Positions 61,302-64,000 of a DNA stretch of 64,000 nucleotides are shown piece after piece (within the stretch, counting starts at the first letter, position 1; every line of letters starts with the position of its first letter). Below the pieces are notes generated by a model, which saw nothing but the letters and a program-made list of their open reading frames with translations, ran no database searches and was not told where the DNA came from. The stretch is from the IMG/VR virus record IMGVR_UViG_3300010158_000027, positions 124,001 to 188,000 of that record. One strand, 5' to 3'. The position numbers and the translations under genes were made by a program.

Positions 61302-62915
61302 ATGGGACAATTTAGTGGAAATACATGTAATATTATAACACTCTTCCCAATGGGGGTTGAATGTTCGGCAGTGAATTCATCTTCGCCGTATAATAATGAT
61401 GGTGCAATTTATTTGACAATTACTGGAGGAACACCACCTTATAAGATTTCATGGAATAATGGTTCTCAGACACAATACTTAACGGGTTTACAATTTGGAA
61501 CGTATACTGCTAATATAACGGATTATTATGGTGATTTTAGTGCAACAACAACTTGTATCGTGAGTACTAATTATGCTGCAATTTTAGAGGAGTTTTTTAA
61601 TTGTACCAACCCAACAGAAAAGATATATTACGTAGCAAACATTAACTCTTTATACCCAAGTAATGGTGTGTTCACTTTAACATCACAATCAGGATGTTGG
61701 GTTAGTGCAGGTATTATTACAAATACGGGACAAACGTTTTACAATTATAGTGCAATAACCACTTCAGGACCATTTGTGGACTGTGATGACTGTTTACCTA
61801 CAACGCCAGAAATAGAAAGTATATCAGGTATGTGTTTAACTACCGTTAAGTCAGTTTTTGGTGTACCATCGTCAACACAATACCAATTTTATTCTGCTGA
61901 TACAATGAACGGATACCCTACGTGGGTTTCAACATCACCTGACCAAAAAATTTATTTTAATACTATGACAAGTCAATGGAAAGTTTCTGGTTGGACATTA
62001 AGCGGTATACCGTCGTTAGGATTAAATGTTTCTCCACCTTTGGGGGTATGGACAGTGGATGGTAGTCCTCGAACTGTTAACGTAAGTGCTGGTAATTGTG
62101 ATGATAAAATTGTTGTGAGACTACGAACGACTGACCCATCATGTAACGTAGCGTCTGACGGACTTATTCAGGTTGGTGGGGTTATTGGTGGAACGGCACC
62201 ATATACGTATTCATTGGATAACATTGTGTACCAAACATCGATTATGTTTAATAATTTACCAGTTGGGAGTTATACTGTTTATGTGAAGGATATTATTGGC
62301 AATATCGGAACGGCGATAGCGGTATTGACGGGAATAAGTACAATAACAACATATCAGATAAATTTATCTCTTATTAGTACTCAAACGTTAAACACAACAA
62401 ACTACGCTCAAAAAATATATAATTGGGGTATTAACGTGACACCACCATTACCAGCAAACCGATCGGTGTCGTTTACGTTATATGATACTACATCAATGTC
62501 TGCGGGTACCGCATCTAACGGATCACCCGTTTTGACATATTCTAACACAACTGGTACGACAGGGACAAGTCAGTTTGTTACGTCAACATTGACAACAACA
62601 ACAAATAGTTATACGAACATACTTTGTCACCCTAATTATTATACAACAGGCATCACTCGAACGTATAATGTTAGTATATCGGGTACAGGTGTTGTTGGTG
62701 GTCAGATATTACAAAAAGTACAAGTCGTTAATAATGGGGTAAAGTGTACGACTACTGGATCAATAAAGGATACGTTATCTATTGGTAATGTCGTTTTAAA
62801 TAATCAACAAGTGTGTGAACAAATAAGTCCTTCAGTAACGCCAATTACCGTTGTTGTTGGAATGTCCGGAACCATAGCTTCCATAACCATAGGCACAGGT
62901 AGTGCATCGATGTAA
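61302..62915 (+). CDS. fibre/appendage protein with SprB-like repeats and Cys module
   Basis: ITGGTPPYKISWNNG..TGLQFGTY and GGTAPYTYSLD..FNNLPVGSYTVYVKD. Confidence 0.78.
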   Translation: MGQFSGNTCNIITLFPMGVECSAVNSSSPYNNDGAIYLTITGGTPPYKISWNNGSQTQYLTGLQFGTYTANITDYYGDFSATTTCIVSTNYAAILEEFFNCTNPTEKIYYVANINSLYPSNGVFTLTSQSGCWVSAGIITNTGQTFYNYSAITTSGPFVDCDDCLPTTPEIESISGMCLTTVKSVFGVPSSTQYQFYSADTMNGYPTWVSTSPDQKIYFNTMTSQWKVSGWTLSGIPSLGLNVSPPLGVWTVDGSPRTVNVSAGNCDDKIVVRLRTTDPSCNVASDGLIQVGGVIGGTAPYTYSLDNIVYQTSIMFNNLPVGSYTVYVKDIIGNIGTAIAVLTGISTITTYQINLSLISTQTLNTTNYAQKIYNWGINVTPPLPANRSVSFTLYDTTSMSAGTASNGSPVLTYSNTTGTTGTSQFVTSTLTTTTNSYTNILCHPNYYTTGITRTYNVSISGTGVVGGQILQKVQVVNNGVKCTTTGSIKDTLSIGNVVLNNQQVCEQISPSVTPITVVVGMSGTIASITIGTGSASM

Positions 62916-62927
62916 TATTTATAAAAT

Positions 62928-64000
62928 ATGTCATATATAATAAAAAACACAAGCGGATTAATAAATACAATTTTAACCGACGCCGCTAGGAAAAAGATAT
63001 CACAAGGTAAGTTCGATATCGCATATTTCCAAGTCGGAGATAGTGAGGTTAGCTATAATTCAATTACTAATCAGAATTATAACGATCTTAATGTTTTGAT
63101 GCCGCAATATAACGCGGATAATAACACACCCATACCCGAATTTAACCGATTAAACGTTAAGTACCCACTATTTGTTGACTCAACATCTGGAAGCACTTTT
63201 GGTATACCATATGATTCATCTTTTGTTGATAATATTTATAATTCCGCAGCACCTAGAGGGTTTTTCACGGGTAATACGACATATACCACATCGGCATATA
63301 CGATAAACCCTAATTTTATTGTGGGTAATGGTAATCTAAATTCGGGTAATACTTTAGTTATTTCGGCTAATACAATTGACGCGTCAGTATCAGGAACCGT
63401 AACTCCAGGTATGTTTGTGAATATATTAACAAATAATCCGACAAGTCCTTTAACAGGAAACACACCTATGTTTACCTATTTGGTGACGGGAATAACGGGG
63501 GATACGTCATCCGCAAATACGGTAACGATATCTGTCGATAGACAATTACCCAATTTACAATCTATGGGGTACACCGGAAATTCGTTTGTTGTGTTTTACC
63601 CATCAGGAATGACTGGACTATATGATACGGTAACACCACAACCATATTGGGCAACAAACGTTTTCAACTTTGAAACAAACTGTGACGTTTCACAAACGGA
63701 TGTTAAAGTTTGGAATATGAACATTCCTTGGACGGAATCACCAGCAGGAACATTTAACTCCGTAAATCAAGATTATAATTATTTTTCAGCATCAACATAT
63801 GTTGGAACAAAAGAGTATTTAGGATACGGTAGTAACGCAGGACAAATAGACACGGGTAGTGTGTATTTCAATAACTCATTTAATGAGAGTATTATTCTAA
63901 GTCCATCGGATCAAAAATCAATCGCAATTGTACACTATACGAATCAATCTATTGATAACTTTTATGGTGAAAAATTCGCACAACAAGAGTATGATCCTGC
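62928..64000 (+). CDS. virion structural protein, 3' truncated (not in ORF track)
   Basis: MSYIIKNTSGLINTILTDAARKKISQGKFDIAYFQVGDSE...; the frame is open to the window end, with TATTTAT 5 nt upstream. Confidence 0.75.
   Translation, partial: MSYIIKNTSGLINTILTDAARKKISQGKFDIAYFQVGDSEVSYNSITNQNYNDLNVLMPQYNADNNTPIPEFNRLNVKYPLFVDSTSGSTFGIPYDSSFVDNIYNSAAPRGFFTGNTTYTTSAYTINPNFIVGNGNLNSGNTLVISANTIDASVSGTVTPGMFVNILTNNPTSPLTGNTPMFTYLVTGITGDTSSANTVTISVDRQLPNLQSMGYTGNSFVVFYPSGMTGLYDTVTPQPYWATNVFNFETNCDVSQTDVKVWNMNIPWTESPAGTFNSVNQDYNYFSASTYVGTKEYLGYGSNAGQIDTGSVYFNNSFNESIILSPSDQKSIAIVHYTNQSIDNFYGEKFAQQEYDP

Noticed and set aside
1-64000. Stop-codon reassignment (TAG/TGA recoding)
   Set aside because: Genes are long and intact in code 11, and TAG (31953, 35556) and TGA (1986, 10178, 57049) both act as true stops.
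1-64000. tRNA, rRNA or riboswitch genes (including a B12 riboswitch for nrdJ)
   Set aside because: Intergenic gaps are short and AT-rich, and I saw no cloverleaf or conserved RNA motif. nrdJ has only a 23-nt leader. A covariance-model scan would be definitive.
1-64000. Giant eukaryotic virus origin, suggested by GT60, collagen and the HNH type
   Set aside because: Sheath, tube, baseplate, gp32 SSB, DnaB and intrinsic terminators identify a tailed bacteriophage.

Overview
This window is a 64-kb, AT-rich (about one-third GC by eye), gene-dense fragment of a large contractile-tailed (myovirus/jumbo-type) bacteriophage genome, read in standard code 11. Gene order: C-terminal end of a probable family-B DNA polymerase; a minus-strand block (small virion protein, neck protein, SNF2 helicase with a 368-aa LAGLIDADG intein); then a long plus-strand region with neck/tail terminator, sheath, tube, tail chaperone, tape measure and hub genes, an embedded replication block (gp32-like SSB, RecA, RHH+HNH, 5'-3' exonuclease, DnaB, class II RNR), baseplate wedge genes and a fibre/appendage cluster. 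SprB repeats, delta-60 repeats, DUF5522 and SD-less A-rich starts suggest a Bacteroidota host (inference). The most striking observation is a coupled pair of soluble glycosyltransferases in the fibre cluster. One is a GT60-like polypeptide alpha-GlcNAc transferase and the other is HtrL/YibB-like. They sit among proteins with mucin-like (Pro-Thr)n tracts and a Pro-free Gly-Thr-Ser collagen, which points to a candidate phage-encoded virion O-glycosylation system. Other notable items are a candidate +1 frameshift (UUU_UUU_CGG) making a tail chaperone fusion, a genome-wide TATTTAT promoter-like motif, several small ORFs absent from the ORF track, and new repeated Cys modules. All family assignments come from motif recognition; no database search was run.
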